Below are positions 63,935 to 64,000 of a stretch of 64,000 nt of DNA, one piece after another; position 1 is the stretch's first letter; the number at the start of each line of letters is the position of its first letter. This stretch comes from Raja brachyura (Eukaryota): NCBI GenBank assembly GCA_963514005.1, contig OY740795.1:18166001-18230000 (forward strand), given 5' to 3'. The translations under genes were made by a program, and so were the position numbers. A model generated the notes under the pieces. It searched no databases and was not told where the DNA came from. It worked only from the letters and a program-made list of their open reading frames with translations.

Positions 63935-64000
63935 CAGTGGCTTGCAAATGTTTTCATACACCTTGAACTTTTCCACATTTTGTCACGTTACAACCACATA
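63935..64000. mobile_element. Tc1/mariner transposon terminal inverted repeat (runs off the window)
   Basis: TA|CAGTGGCTTGCAAATGTTTTCATACACCTTGAACTTTTCCACATTTTGTCAC, a typical fish Tc1 end after a TA target. Confidence 0.75.

Overview
Vertebrate genomic DNA, not microbial. The repeat families (HE1-type V-SINEs, CR1, Rex1/Babar, Penelope) point to a cartilaginous fish, probably a skate or ray (inference). The window covers the conserved FBXW4-DPCD-POLL block, which in other vertebrates lies between FGF8 and BTRC. It holds the last four coding exons of FBXW4 (+; 3278-33640, with a 27-kb intron), the complete 6-exon DPCD CDS (-; 44011-35174, 203 aa) and the complete 7-exon DNA polymerase lambda CDS (POLL, +; 46774-58246, 583 aa). 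All introns are GT-AG and all phases are consistent. DPCD and POLL share a head-to-head CpG-rich promoter with an RFX X-box and a GC-box minisatellite. The rest is dense in transposons: CR1, Rex1/Babar, RTE, L1, Penelope-derived repeats, V-SINEs, a Harbinger MITE, a hAT-like element and a Tc1 end. Between them are TE-free blocks in the FBXW4 introns that are candidate FGF8 enhancers. The least obvious structure is a family of Penelope-derived repeats carrying a minimal hammerhead-ribozyme-like motif (CTGAAGA-A-GGGTCTCGACCC-GAAACGTC). One young, TSD-flanked copy in a POLL intron has two such motifs 591 nt apart (retrozyme-like), and several other copies form fold-back hairpins. No CRISPR array, rRNA or true tRNA gene was found. 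All family and orthology calls are by recognition; no search was run.
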